From positions 13,522 to 77,521 of the forward strand of contig JANLTG010000215.1 of assembly GCA_031362805.1 (NCBI GenBank): a DNA stretch of 64,000 nt, read 5' to 3'. Below the pieces are notes generated by a model, which worked only from the letters and a program-made list of their open reading frames with translations, had not been told where the DNA came from and did no database searches. Positions 18,162 through 29,618 of this stretch are shown piece by piece. Each line of letters starts with the position of its first letter. Position 1 is the first letter of the stretch. The translations under genes and the position numbers were made by a program. The DNA is from a bacterium. GTDB lineage: Bacteria; Verrucomicrobiota; Verrucomicrobiia; Limisphaerales; RI-55.

Positions 18162-19088
18162 CTACCATTGGTCAGCCTCATCTTCACCCAGCGAACCAAT
18201 CTTGTCCTCGAGCAGGCATATCAAATCACTAACTCGGTCTGAACCTACGACCGATGACAGGATTTCTTCATTCTTGAACATCAGTCTCCGCAACCCCTTA
18301 AGGTCATTCAGCGATTCCTCGGGTAAGCAATTTGCGATGCCTGTTCTCCGGACGTCGGAATCAGGATACCGAATGCGATGATCAATCGCCAAATCGACTG
18401 CCGCTCTAAACCTTCTCGGACGGTTGTCCTCACACATCGAAAGCATATTTACAAATACAAACAGCGATTTTGCACCCAACTTGTGAATAATTGTGGTGTA
18501 AAGGCTAAGTCTTGATGCAGGAGAAGGGCATTCAAACGGAGTAAACAGCGTGCCCGCTTTAGGTATAGAAGGAGATTCATCGTCGATAGTATCCAAGCGA
18601 CCGATAATAATTCGCCCAACCTCAATTTGATCACAGGCAGAAATGGCTTCAACGTACCTGAAGAGCAACCTCAAGTCTTCGTCGGTCGGAGCACGTCTGA
18701 CGCAGCATCTATCAAATTCTCCTTCTGCGAAATTGAACAGCTGCTTCGGTCCGTCCGGCAATCGACGGATTAAGTAACGAGCAAAACCAACTTCATCAAT
18801 ATCGGAAGATCTCAAGAAGTATCTGGTCAACAATTCAAATGTTCGTTCCGTCGCGGATTTGGCTGCCAAATACTCAATGAAGGGCTGGCCATTGTATGGA
18901 ACGGGCGGAACCCAATCACCGACATTCACACCAAACCCAAGTGCAGACTGGAACCGTGGGAACTCCTGTAAGAGTTTACGAAATAGCCATCTCGATCCAA
19001 AATCAAACCACCTTGTCGAATTGTCGAATAACTTCTCCGCGGTAGTCTGTAAATCGTGCTCTTGATGCCCTCTCATATTCATAGACAC
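18162..19088 (-). CDS. Hypothetical protein (308 aa), AT-rich orphan
   Basis: Long ORF in visibly AT-richer DNA. A sample 60-nt line at 18421 counts about 25 G+C, against far higher counts in flanking genes. No recognisable motif. A hairpin gtgccc-ttg-gggcac lies just 3' (18122-18136). Confidence 0.5.
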   Translation of the reverse strand: MSMNMRGHQEHDLQTTAEKLFDNSTRWFDFGSRWLFRKLLQEFPRFQSALGFGVNVGDWVPPVPYNGQPFIEYLAAKSATERTFELLTRYFLRSSDIDEVGFARYLIRRLPDGPKQLFNFAEGEFDRCCVRRAPTDEDLRLLFRYVEAISACDQIEVGRIIIGRLDTIDDESPSIPKAGTLFTPFECPSPASRLSLYTTIIHKLGAKSLFVFVNMLSMCEDNRPRRFRAAVDLAIDHRIRYPDSDVRRTGIANCLPEESLNDLKGLRRLMFKNEEILSSVVGSDRVSDLICLLEDKIGSLGEDEADQW

Positions 19089-19348
19089 GCCAAATCTGTT
19101 TTAACACCAGCGAGCCGGTAGTCGCGGACCTGGACGCCGGAGAGGGTCTGGATATGATTCATCAGGTCAACTAAGCCTTTGCAAGGTCTCGGCTCACGTT
19201 CTGGTTGAGACTCGCCGGTGATCTACGCTCTCAGCCGGAAGGCCTCGGGCGCGAAGTGTAGGCAGATATTCACTCACCGAAAAGTGTCCTTGGTGCCCGG
19301 TGGCTAGATGCGGGGCATGGCTGGGCGGCGTGGATATTGGGTTAGATT

Positions 19349-19840
19349 TCACCGAAAAAACGATTCTAGAGAAAGAAGCCGCCCGATACAGGGTGACAGC
19401 GCTGTAATACGGTCAACGTAGTGAACTTTCTTTTTATTCAAAAGCAATCTAACTCTGATTTCGAATTGCTCGGCTTCTGTCAACTCAGAGTGATTTTCGA
19501 GGACCTTCTCGCGGCCGGGTGGCAGCTCGGCGTGAATGTCATTCAGAATTTCGTTCATTATCTGATTTACTGCGTGCTTAGCGCTCGGCTGTGATTCGTG
19601 CGCCAAACGAAAACACGCAGTGTCAAATGCCGACCGAACCAGCTGCGCTATCTCGTTAAATAGTAGGTTCCTGGAGGCAACATTCAAATCCAGTTGTAGG
19701 AGAAGAATTCGTTCGTCCAAGCCATAGACGGCGTGGGCGAGGTCCGCGACTATGTCACGAAACCGAAAATAGCATGCGGCTAACAAATTCGCGTATAAGC
19801 CGAGAATCGCACCCATGAACAACGAAACAGTGACGCTCAT
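19349..19840 (-). CDS. Hypothetical protein (163 aa) with an N-terminal transmembrane helix, AT-rich orphan
   Basis: ATG at 19840, 3 nt after the DUF1501 stop. N-terminus VSLFMGAILGLYANLLAACYF; the rest is predicted helical. No family recognised. Confidence 0.45.
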   Translation of the reverse strand: MSVTVSLFMGAILGLYANLLAACYFRFRDIVADLAHAVYGLDERILLLQLDLNVASRNLLFNEIAQLVRSAFDTACFRLAHESQPSAKHAVNQIMNEILNDIHAELPPGREKVLENHSELTEAEQFEIRVRLLLNKKKVHYVDRITALSPCIGRLLSLESFFR

Positions 19841-19843
19841 AAA

Positions 19844-21277
<1,434 letters not shown>

Positions 21278-21364
21278 GATGATTACCGGTTGCTGACGAC
21301 GATGCGTTGATACGCCTTCAAGAAAGGTTGGGCAACTGAAAGGTGGGAACCAAATGTGAAACCC

Positions 21365-21459
21365 GAAGCCCGAGATCCGAAGGCCGAATCAACACCGAAA
21401 TCCGAGGAGCGCGGGTGCCGATTCGGTGTTCGGACTTCGGCGTTCGGATCTCGGGCCTC
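21365..21459. repeat. Long imperfect palindrome (REP-like, possible terminator) 3' of the acyl-CoA ligase gene
   Basis: gaagcccgagatccgaa (21365-21381) versus ttcggatctcgggcctc (21443-21459) is a reverse complement with 1 mismatch. Inner arms are partly complementary. It translates as the common 'PKSE/FGVRTSAFGSR' repeat. Confidence 0.7.
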
Positions 21460-21463
21460 CGGT

Positions 21464-22966
<1,503 letters not shown>

Positions 22967-23175
22967 TGAATTGGCACCGGGCGGAGGCGTCAAGCCCACG
23001 CGTGGCGCTGGGCCGGAACCGGGTGAGATGTTTGCGGAACAAAACGTAAAGATACCGCCACCCTCGCCATCAAGTCCGGATGAAGCATGGCAACGCCACC
23101 GGTGGACCTGATCTCACCCCCGCTGAAACGCAATTCCTGGCGCAGCGTCGGACCGGCCGATCCCAAAGGCGGTCC

Positions 23176-23460
23176 TCAGCGCAATCGCGACTTCCAATAG
23201 CCCGGCCGGCGCTTGCCGTGCATCACGGCGACGATCCACACCCGGTCCGGCTGTTCGATGTAAACCACGGCATAAGGGAATTCCCGCGCCAACGCGCGCC
23301 GGGTTGGTGGGCAAAAACGAAGGTGCCGCTTTGGTTTTTCACACACTTCGCGAATGAGCCGTTCGATCTCGCGAAAGAAACGCACCCCTAACCCCGAATC
23401 AATCGAACCATAGTAGCGGACCGCCTCGGCAAACTCAGCGTCGGTTTCGGGATGAATGAC
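23176..23460 (-). CDS. RelE/ParE family toxin; 5' end uncertain (no canonical start codon at the conserved N-terminus)
   Basis: VIHPETDAEFAEAVRYYGSIDSGLGVRFFREIERLIREV...FPYAVVYIEQPDRVWIVAVMHGKRRPGYW matches the ParE/RelE pattern. It sits immediately after the antitoxin stop at 23466. Confidence 0.6.
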   Translation of the reverse strand, partial: VIHPETDAEFAEAVRYYGSIDSGLGVRFFREIERLIREVCEKPKRHLRFCPPTRRALAREFPYAVVYIEQPDRVWIVAVMHGKRRPGYWKSRLR

Positions 23461-23465
23461 GTGCC

Positions 23466-23696
23466 TTACAGGCCGGCAATCTTGCGGATGCGGGCGAGCG
23501 ATTCTTCGACCGGAATCCCCCGCGCCTTGCCGGTCTCGATCTCCTCCACGCGCCGGTTGATTTCCAGCCGCCACGCCGCCTCCGCCTCCGGATCGGGCGC
23601 CGGCGCGTCTTCGGTCAGGCGATCCAGCAGTTCGCCGACTTTCTCCGGTGGCCATTGCCGCGTCTCCGCCACGATTTGTTCAACGGTCAATGCCAT
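23466..23696 (-). CDS. Putative addiction-module antitoxin (TIGR02574-like component)
   Basis: ATG at 23696. MALTVEQIVAETRQWPPEKVGELLDRL...EAAWRLEINRRVEEIETGKARGIPVEESLARIRK is the typical pattern of this antitoxin family. Confidence 0.65.
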   Translation of the reverse strand: MALTVEQIVAETRQWPPEKVGELLDRLTEDAPAPDPEAEAAWRLEINRRVEEIETGKARGIPVEESLARIRKIAGL

Positions 23697-23774
23697 GAAT
23701 GGAAGCGAGGTCAAGACCGCTTGGAATGACAACGTCGGACTCAAGAAGCAGGAAGCTACTTGTCGGCTTGTACT

Positions 23775-24077
23775 TCAAGCGGCGCGCCTCGCATAGTATC
23801 CATACTTCCGTGCAACCTTCGAGGCGACCTCGAAGCTAACCAGTGCAAAAATGTTCACGAACACACCGAACTCCATCAGATCGGCAACAATCTTGAATGG
23901 CTTTTCCCGCAGAGTTGTCGCCAGTTCTGCGACAACAACCGGATCGGGGATGTTAATATGAGGGCCTTCTGGAGATTCGTCGCCCGATTCCAGTGTCGCC
24001 TCCTTCGGAGGTCGGGGCGGCCCGCCAGAGGATGCAGCCTGCGTCTTTGGCATCTTGGGTGGTGGTGAATCACTCAT
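23775..24077 (-). CDS. Small protein with an IF2 N-terminal-like domain
   Basis: 100 aa. Pro-rich N-terminus, then PVVVAELATTLREKPFKIVADLMEFGVFVNIFALVSFEVASKVARKYGY, resembling the IF2_N pattern (V.ELA..L......V..LM..GV...I...L..E.A......G). Confidence 0.4.
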   Translation of the reverse strand: MSDSPPPKMPKTQAASSGGPPRPPKEATLESGDESPEGPHINIPDPVVVAELATTLREKPFKIVADLMEFGVFVNIFALVSFEVASKVARKYGYYARRAA

Positions 24078-24101
24078 ACTTGTTGTGTGGCCTGGTACCC
24101 C

Positions 24102-24398
24102 TCAGTTCTTGGCAGCACGCCATCGTAAGCGCAACACGACATCAACCACCGTCACGAGCCCTGCGAACGATAGTAAGACTTTCCACCGTAACGGATGAAC
24201 CGAGTATCCGGTGACTGTATCCAACGCAGACAAGTAGTTACTGTGCGGGTTTAGCGCGCCCAAGAAAGTGGCAGCCAACAATAAGCCGGTGGCGCAAAGA
24301 ATTGAAACGACGTACAAAGTCGTGGCCGCCGCCCGCGTAGCCCTAACAAGCCAGTGCCTGTACTCAGGCATTTGCACTTGGCTTGTCGAACAATTCAT
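24102..24398 (-). CDS. Hypothetical small membrane protein (2 predicted TM helices)
   Basis: 98 aa. Hydrophobic stretches LYVVSILCATGLLLAATFLGAL and VLLSFAGLVTVVDVVL. AT-richer DNA, 24 nt upstream of the IF2_N-like ORF. Confidence 0.35.
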   Translation of the reverse strand: MNCSTSQVQMPEYRHWLVRATRAAATTLYVVSILCATGLLLAATFLGALNPHSNYLSALDTVTGYSVHPLRWKVLLSFAGLVTVVDVVLRLRWRAAKN

Positions 24399-24755
24399 GT
24401 GGCAGGAAAGAATCTCTTGGTGGCGGATAATGTGTCCGGAACCAGGAAATGAAACTCAGAGTTAACGTCTGACCAATCACAACGGTTTGATCTCAAATGC
24501 AGGTGGCCGGGTCAAGCGAGGGTTGAGCGAAAGGACAGGTAAGTATGTATCCGCATTCTGCCCTAATCGCAAACGGGCCGGACCGTGGCTGTGTGCTAGG
24601 CATCAGCCGCAGCATCCGATGAGGTTCATGGCCCCAGATGTGATCCAACACACAATCCCTGCGAAGCCGCTGCGGCTGGGCCTTGCCACAGCCGCGCTCC
24701 GGGAACAGCGCACTGTTGCGCCAAGCCTCGCTTTGCCCAATCCTCCCGCACCACA

Positions 24756-26018
24756 ATGAAGATCAACCTGGCTTACGGCGACGGGCACCTGCCGGTGGAG
24801 TTTCCTGGCGAGCGCACCACGGTCATCGCGCCGGCGCATCGATCGGGCCTGCCCGATGAACGTGCGGCGTTGAGGGCGGCGCTGGAGCGGCCGATTGGTT
24901 GCGCGCCGTTGCGTGAGTTGATCAAGCCTTCGGACAAGCTCTGCATCCTCTTTACCGACATCACGCGCGCGACGCCGAACGAGCGGTTGATTCCCTGGTT
25001 GCTCGAGCATCTTGCGGATCATCCGCGAGAGAACATCACGTTGCTGAACCAGCTCGGCACGCATCGCCCGAACACGCAGGCGGAGCTGGAGAAGATGCTG
25101 ACGCCGGCCGTCGTGCGCGATTACCGCGTGCTCAATCACGAACCGGAGAACGACAACGAACTGGTGCAACTGGGCGAGACGCGGTCCGGTGTGCCGGCGT
25201 TGATCAATCGCCACGCCGTCGAGGCGGACTGGCGGATCGTGACCGGCTTCATCGAGCCGCATTTCTTCGCGGGGTTCAGCGGTGGGCCGAAAGGCATCAT
25301 GCCCGGCGTGGCCGGCTTGAGAACCGTGATGAGCAACCACGGCCACGCCAACATGGGTGATCCGCGCGCGACGTTTGGCGTCACCGAAGGCAATCCGATC
25401 TGGGAGGAGATCCGTGAGATCGCGTTGCGCACTGGCCCGAAGTTTCTGGTGAACGTCACGCTCAACGAAGAACGCCGGATCACCGGTGTGTTCGCCGGCG
25501 ACCTGCTGGCCGCGCACCGGGCTGGCTATGAATTCGTCCGCACGTCCGCGATGCAAAAAGTGGCGGCACCTTTCGACATCGTGGTGACGACCAACTCCGG
25601 GTACCCGCTCGACCAGAATCTTTATCAAGCCGTCAAGGGCATGAGCGCCGGCGCGCGCATTCTCAAGGAGGGCGGCTTGTTGATCATCGCGTGTGAGTGT
25701 CGCGAAGGCGTGCCGGCGGGCAGTCCGTTCTATCAGTTGCTCGGCGAATGCGCATCGCCGGAGGAGCTGCTCACGCGGCTCGCGTCTCCTGGTTTTGTCC
25801 GGCCCGAGCAATGGCAGGGTCAGATCCAGGCGTTGATTCAGCGCCGCGCCCGTGTGCTGGTGAAATGCTCGTTGCCCGATGAAGTGCTGAAGGCGTGTCA
25901 CCTCGCTGCGTGTCCGAACATCGCGGCCACGGTCGCTGCTGAATTGGAGCGATTGGGCCCCGCGGCGCGCGTCGCCGTGCTGCCGCAAGGGCCGCTGACG
26001 ATTCCTTATCTGGCGTGA
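24756..26018 (+). CDS. Lactate racemase (LarA)-like, DUF2088 domain protein
   Basis: 420 aa. LNQLGTHRPNT and TGFIEPHFFAGFSGGPKGIMPG motifs match the LarA N-domain and catalytic region. Confidence 0.75.
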   Translation: MKINLAYGDGHLPVEFPGERTTVIAPAHRSGLPDERAALRAALERPIGCAPLRELIKPSDKLCILFTDITRATPNERLIPWLLEHLADHPRENITLLNQLGTHRPNTQAELEKMLTPAVVRDYRVLNHEPENDNELVQLGETRSGVPALINRHAVEADWRIVTGFIEPHFFAGFSGGPKGIMPGVAGLRTVMSNHGHANMGDPRATFGVTEGNPIWEEIREIALRTGPKFLVNVTLNEERRITGVFAGDLLAAHRAGYEFVRTSAMQKVAAPFDIVVTTNSGYPLDQNLYQAVKGMSAGARILKEGGLLIIACECREGVPAGSPFYQLLGECASPEELLTRLASPGFVRPEQWQGQIQALIQRRARVLVKCSLPDEVLKACHLAACPNIAATVAAELERLGPAARVAVLPQGPLTIPYLA

Positions 26019-26285
26019 GAAGGTTTTACTTAAGAAGCCTTGCGCCTGGCCGATAACATCAGTACTTAACTTTCGTGCGGTCAAACGCACCCCGCCTGGT
26101 GACGAAGCCGGGAACCTAACAGTGATGGCTGTGGCACGGCTGATTATGGTTTCCGGGGGAAGCGACAGGGTGATGACGTAACACTTGGTTAGAACCAAAA
26201 GCGTGACTTTTCCCAGGGTAAGAGAGAAAACCTTGGAACTTCTTTTCTGCCAGTTGCCCGCCCGCACTTCCCAACCGATCCCCGA

Positions 26286-28124
26286 TTGCTTAACGTCTCG
26301 GCCGTGAAGCAAACCGATTCTCCAGCGGCCTTTCTCGGCATCGAATGCGGCGGCACGCGCACGATCGCACTGCTCGCCGACACTAATGGCAAGTTGCTGC
26401 AACGCCTTGAAGCCGGCCCGGCCAACTGGCGCTTGCTCGGTGGCGCTGGACTGCATCGACTGCTCCGCCAACTCGCGCGACAACTTCCCAAACCAACGTC
26501 TGTCGCCATCGGCATGGCCGGTGTGCGCGGCGATGACGATCGGGCGAAGGTGCGTGCGGTCGCGGCGAAAGTCTGGCGCGACGTGCCGATCCATACCTGT
26601 CACGACCTCGAAACGGCGCTGTGGGCGGCCGGTGGGTCGCCGGACAAACTGCCGCGGGTCATCGCCCTGAGCGGGACGGGTTCCTGTTGTTACGGTCGTT
26701 CGCCTGACGGACAGACGGTGAAGATCGGCGGCTGGGGCCACATTCTCGGCGACAAAGGCAGCGGTTACGAAATCGGCTTGCGCGCGCTGAAGGCCGTCGT
26801 GTTTTACCTCGATCGGGACGGCGAGTGGACGGAGCTCGGTCAACGAATTTTGCGCGCGACCCAATTGAACGACCCCGAACAACTCATCGCCTGGGTGCAG
26901 ACCGCCACCAAGGATCAGGTCGCCGCGCTGGCCATCGAGGTGTTCGCGGCCGCGCAAAACCGCGACGCGATTGCGCGCGACATCCTCGCAGGGGCAGCCA
27001 GCGTGTTGGCCAAGGATGCGGTCGCCTGTGCGCGGCGGTTCGCACCGAAAGGCGGGCCGGTCGAATTTGTGTTTGCCGGGAGCGTATTGCAGAAGCAGCC
27101 GAAATTCGCCGCGCAGGTGCGTCGCGCGATCAAGGAGCGCTGGCCCGAGGCGAAATTCACCAAGCTCACCCGCGAGACGGCCTGGGGCGCAGTGGAACTC
27201 GCGCGCGACGCCGGAGCGCCGATCTCCGAATCGGCCCGCGCGACGCAGGTGAAGGCCGGCGCGCCGAATCGGAGTTCGGCGCTCCTGGCAGTGGCGAGTT
27301 CGCCGACTGAACAGCGCAACCCGCGCTCACTGAAGCTCGATCGGATGAGCATCGGCGAAACGATGGGTCTGATGCTCTCCGAAGATGCGAAGATTCCCGC
27401 AGCGATTCGCCGCGAGCGCGCGACCATCGAGAAACTTATCGGCCTCGTCGTGCGCGCCTTCAAAAGCGGCGGTCGCCTTTTTTACATCGGTGCCGGCACG
27501 AGCGGGCGGCTGGGCATTCTCGACGCGAGCGAATGTCCGCCGACGTTTCGCACGCCGCCGGAACTGGTGCAGGGAATTATCGCAGGTGGCCAGCAAGCCA
27601 TCTGGTCCGCTGTTGAAGGCGCTGAGGATGATCGCGAAGCCGGCGGGCGGGCCATCGCTTATCGCGGCATCACCCGCAAGGACGTCGTGGTCGGCATCGC
27701 GGCGAGTGGACGAACGCCATTTGTCTGGGGGGCACTCAAGGAAGCGAAACGGCGCACGGCGAAAACGGCGCTGATCTGTTTTAATCCGAATCTGAAAATC
27801 CCGCCGAAGGACAAGCCAACAATTCTGATCTGTCCACGCATTGGTCCGGAAGTCTTGACCGGCTCAACGCGGCTCAAGGCCGGCACGGCGACCAAGCTCA
27901 TCCTGAACCTGATCACCACGATCGCGATGGTTCGCCTTGGCAAAGTGATCAGCAACCTGATGGTCGATTTGAATCCGTCGAACGTGAAGCTGCGCGATCG
28001 TGCGACGCGAATCGTGGCGACGCTCACCGGCCGCACGATGGAAGAATGCCTGACTGCCTTGGAGCGCGAGCAGTGGGATGTGAAGCAAACGGTGAAGCGG
28101 CTGACCGCCACCAAGCGTCGGTAG
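26286..28124 (+). CDS. murQ: Bifunctional fusion: BadF/BadG/BcrA/BcrD-type sugar kinase (GlcNAc/MurNAc kinase-like) plus N-acetylmuramic acid 6-phosphate etherase
   Basis: The N-half has LGIECGGTRT...GTGSCCYG...GGWGHILGDKGSGYEIG (BadF-type ATPase). The C-half has TEQRNPRS...GGRLFYIGAGTSGRLGILDASECPPTF...GSTRLKAGTATKLILN (MurQ SIS domain). Start is TTG 26286 or GTG 26304. Confidence 0.8.
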   Translation: MLNVSAVKQTDSPAAFLGIECGGTRTIALLADTNGKLLQRLEAGPANWRLLGGAGLHRLLRQLARQLPKPTSVAIGMAGVRGDDDRAKVRAVAAKVWRDVPIHTCHDLETALWAAGGSPDKLPRVIALSGTGSCCYGRSPDGQTVKIGGWGHILGDKGSGYEIGLRALKAVVFYLDRDGEWTELGQRILRATQLNDPEQLIAWVQTATKDQVAALAIEVFAAAQNRDAIARDILAGAASVLAKDAVACARRFAPKGGPVEFVFAGSVLQKQPKFAAQVRRAIKERWPEAKFTKLTRETAWGAVELARDAGAPISESARATQVKAGAPNRSSALLAVASSPTEQRNPRSLKLDRMSIGETMGLMLSEDAKIPAAIRRERATIEKLIGLVVRAFKSGGRLFYIGAGTSGRLGILDASECPPTFRTPPELVQGIIAGGQQAIWSAVEGAEDDREAGGRAIAYRGITRKDVVVGIAASGRTPFVWGALKEAKRRTAKTALICFNPNLKIPPKDKPTILICPRIGPEVLTGSTRLKAGTATKLILNLITTIAMVRLGKVISNLMVDLNPSNVKLRDRATRIVATLTGRTMEECLTALEREQWDVKQTVKRLTATKRR

Positions 28125-28152
28125 GGCTGACCTGCCGGTCAGCCCACTGTTT
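28125..28152 (+). terminator. Hairpin terminator between convergent genes
   Basis: ggctgacc-tgcc-ggtcagcc (28125-28144) starts directly after the stop codon and is followed by cactgttt. Confidence 0.5.
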
Positions 28153-28259
28153 AGCGAACCAGCGAAGCGAAGTTCGCAATCAGCGAAATGTCGAAGTGCC
28201 TCGGCAAGCTGGGAGCTCGTCGGGAAGTTTCGGCGGCGCAGCAGCACCGCCCTACCCGC

Positions 28260-29186
28260 CTACGCTTTCCCTTCCAACGTCTTCACGTAATCCGCGATGC
28301 CGGTGACCGGCGTGAACTTCGGCACCCAGCCGAGTTCCGTCTTCGCCTTCGACATGTCGGCCTCGGTGTGCGGCTGGTAAAACGCGTACGGATTGTCGAT
28401 GTAATCCGTCTCGAACTTCGTACCGAGGTTCTGGTTCAGCTCCGCGATCACGTCGTTGAACGACACGGCCACGCCCGAGCCGCAGTTGAAGATGTCGCTG
28501 CGCTTGGCCGTGAGCGCGTGGATCGTCATGCCGACCACGTCCTTCACATACACAAAGTCGCGCTTGTGCTCGCCGGCGCGGAACACGCGCGGACGCTTGC
28601 CCGCTTTCATCTGGCAATAGAGCTGGTAGATCATGCTGGCGGCCGCCTTCTTGTGCGGCTCGTTCGGGCCATAGACGTTGAAGTAACGCAGGCCAACGAT
28701 CTTCCACGACGGCACGCGACGGGCGTAATCGCGCGCCAGATTGTCGAGTTGCACCTTGCTGAAGGCATAGACATTTGCGGGCGCGGGCGGTTGATCTTCA
28801 CGGTTGATGCCAGCCGCTATGCCGTACGTCGCGGCCGACGACGCATAGACGACCGGCGTCTGGCTGGGCGCGGCGAACTCGAGCAGCTTGCGGAAGCCCT
28901 CGATGTTGTCGTGCGACTGAAGCAGCTGGCCGTGCTCCGTGGTGTCGGTGATCGAGGCTTCGTGGAAGATGGCGTCAAAGGAGAGATCCTTGAACTGCTT
29001 CTGCCAGTCTAGCCGCGAGACATCGGCGGCCACGAAGTCGCCCGTGAAGCCGCGGAGGTTCTTGAAGTCGCCCGAGCGGAAGTCATCGAGCACGACGATT
29101 CGCGCGTCGGGATGCTGCGCCTGGAGGGCGAGCGTGAGATTCGAGCCGATGAACCCGGCGCCGCCGGTGACGAGAATGTTACGCAT
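28260..29186 (-). CDS. hldD: ADP-L-glycero-D-manno-heptose 6-epimerase-like NAD-dependent epimerase
   Basis: ATG at 29186 (MRNILVTGGAGFIGSN). YASSAATYG, NVYAFSK, RYFNVYGPNE, KRDFVYVKDV track E. coli HldD closely. Confidence 0.8.
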   Translation of the reverse strand: MRNILVTGGAGFIGSNLTLALQAQHPDARIVVLDDFRSGDFKNLRGFTGDFVAADVSRLDWQKQFKDLSFDAIFHEASITDTTEHGQLLQSHDNIEGFRKLLEFAAPSQTPVVYASSAATYGIAAGINREDQPPAPANVYAFSKVQLDNLARDYARRVPSWKIVGLRYFNVYGPNEPHKKAAASMIYQLYCQMKAGKRPRVFRAGEHKRDFVYVKDVVGMTIHALTAKRSDIFNCGSGVAVSFNDVIAELNQNLGTKFETDYIDNPYAFYQPHTEADMSKAKTELGWVPKFTPVTGIADYVKTLEGKA

Positions 29187-29329
29187 GGGCGGGAGGCTAG
29201 GAATCGATGCGCTTTTGGCGAGGAAGAAAACGAATGGCTGGGTGGGAAAGTGAGCGGGTGGGAAAGCGGGCGAGGGCCAGAGGAGCAAGGGTGAAAAGGA
29301 GCGGAGGAGTAAAGGTGAAAGGGGGTGCC

Positions 29330-29520
29330 ACGGGCATCCGCTAGGTTTTGGAGTGCGGCGGTGCCCCGCCGCTTTTCGGGGTGGCGGTGATTTGGAAACA
29401 AAATCAACCGGCCCGCCAGTGCGGATGCCTCACAAAGCGGTGCAGCAGCACACGCAGTCCAAGACGCTGGCGCGCCTGCGGTAATCCTGCATGGCAGTCT
29501 AGGATGCAACGCGTCCCCAA
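29330..29520. repeat. REP-like intergenic repeat ('KRRGTAALQNLADARG' type)
   Basis: gagtgcggcggtgccccgccgcttttc and gcagtccaagacgctggcg share the TCCAARAC-CTGGCG motif with 16806-16820 and 17843-17858. Confidence 0.6.
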
Positions 29521-29618
29521 TCGCTTGAATTCAGCCGACGACCAAAGCAGAATCTCCGCGCTATCGAATCGCGCTTCACAGCCCGATGCAGAATCACGCC
29601 AAAGCAAAGCTCTCCGGC

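Noticed and set aside
26019-26285. Lower-GC 267-nt spacer with a ccgggaacc...ggtttccgg hairpin upstream of the kinase-MurQ gene; a possible riboswitch or sRNA
   Set aside because: No match to any riboswitch consensus I can recall and no terminator or anti-terminator pair. Left as unannotated intergenic DNA.
24603-26957. 784-aa ORF on the minus strand
   Set aside because: It lies antisense to the LarA-like and kinase-MurQ genes, which have clear family motifs. Its translation is Arg/Ala/Gly-rich low complexity, typical of shadow ORFs in GC-rich DNA.
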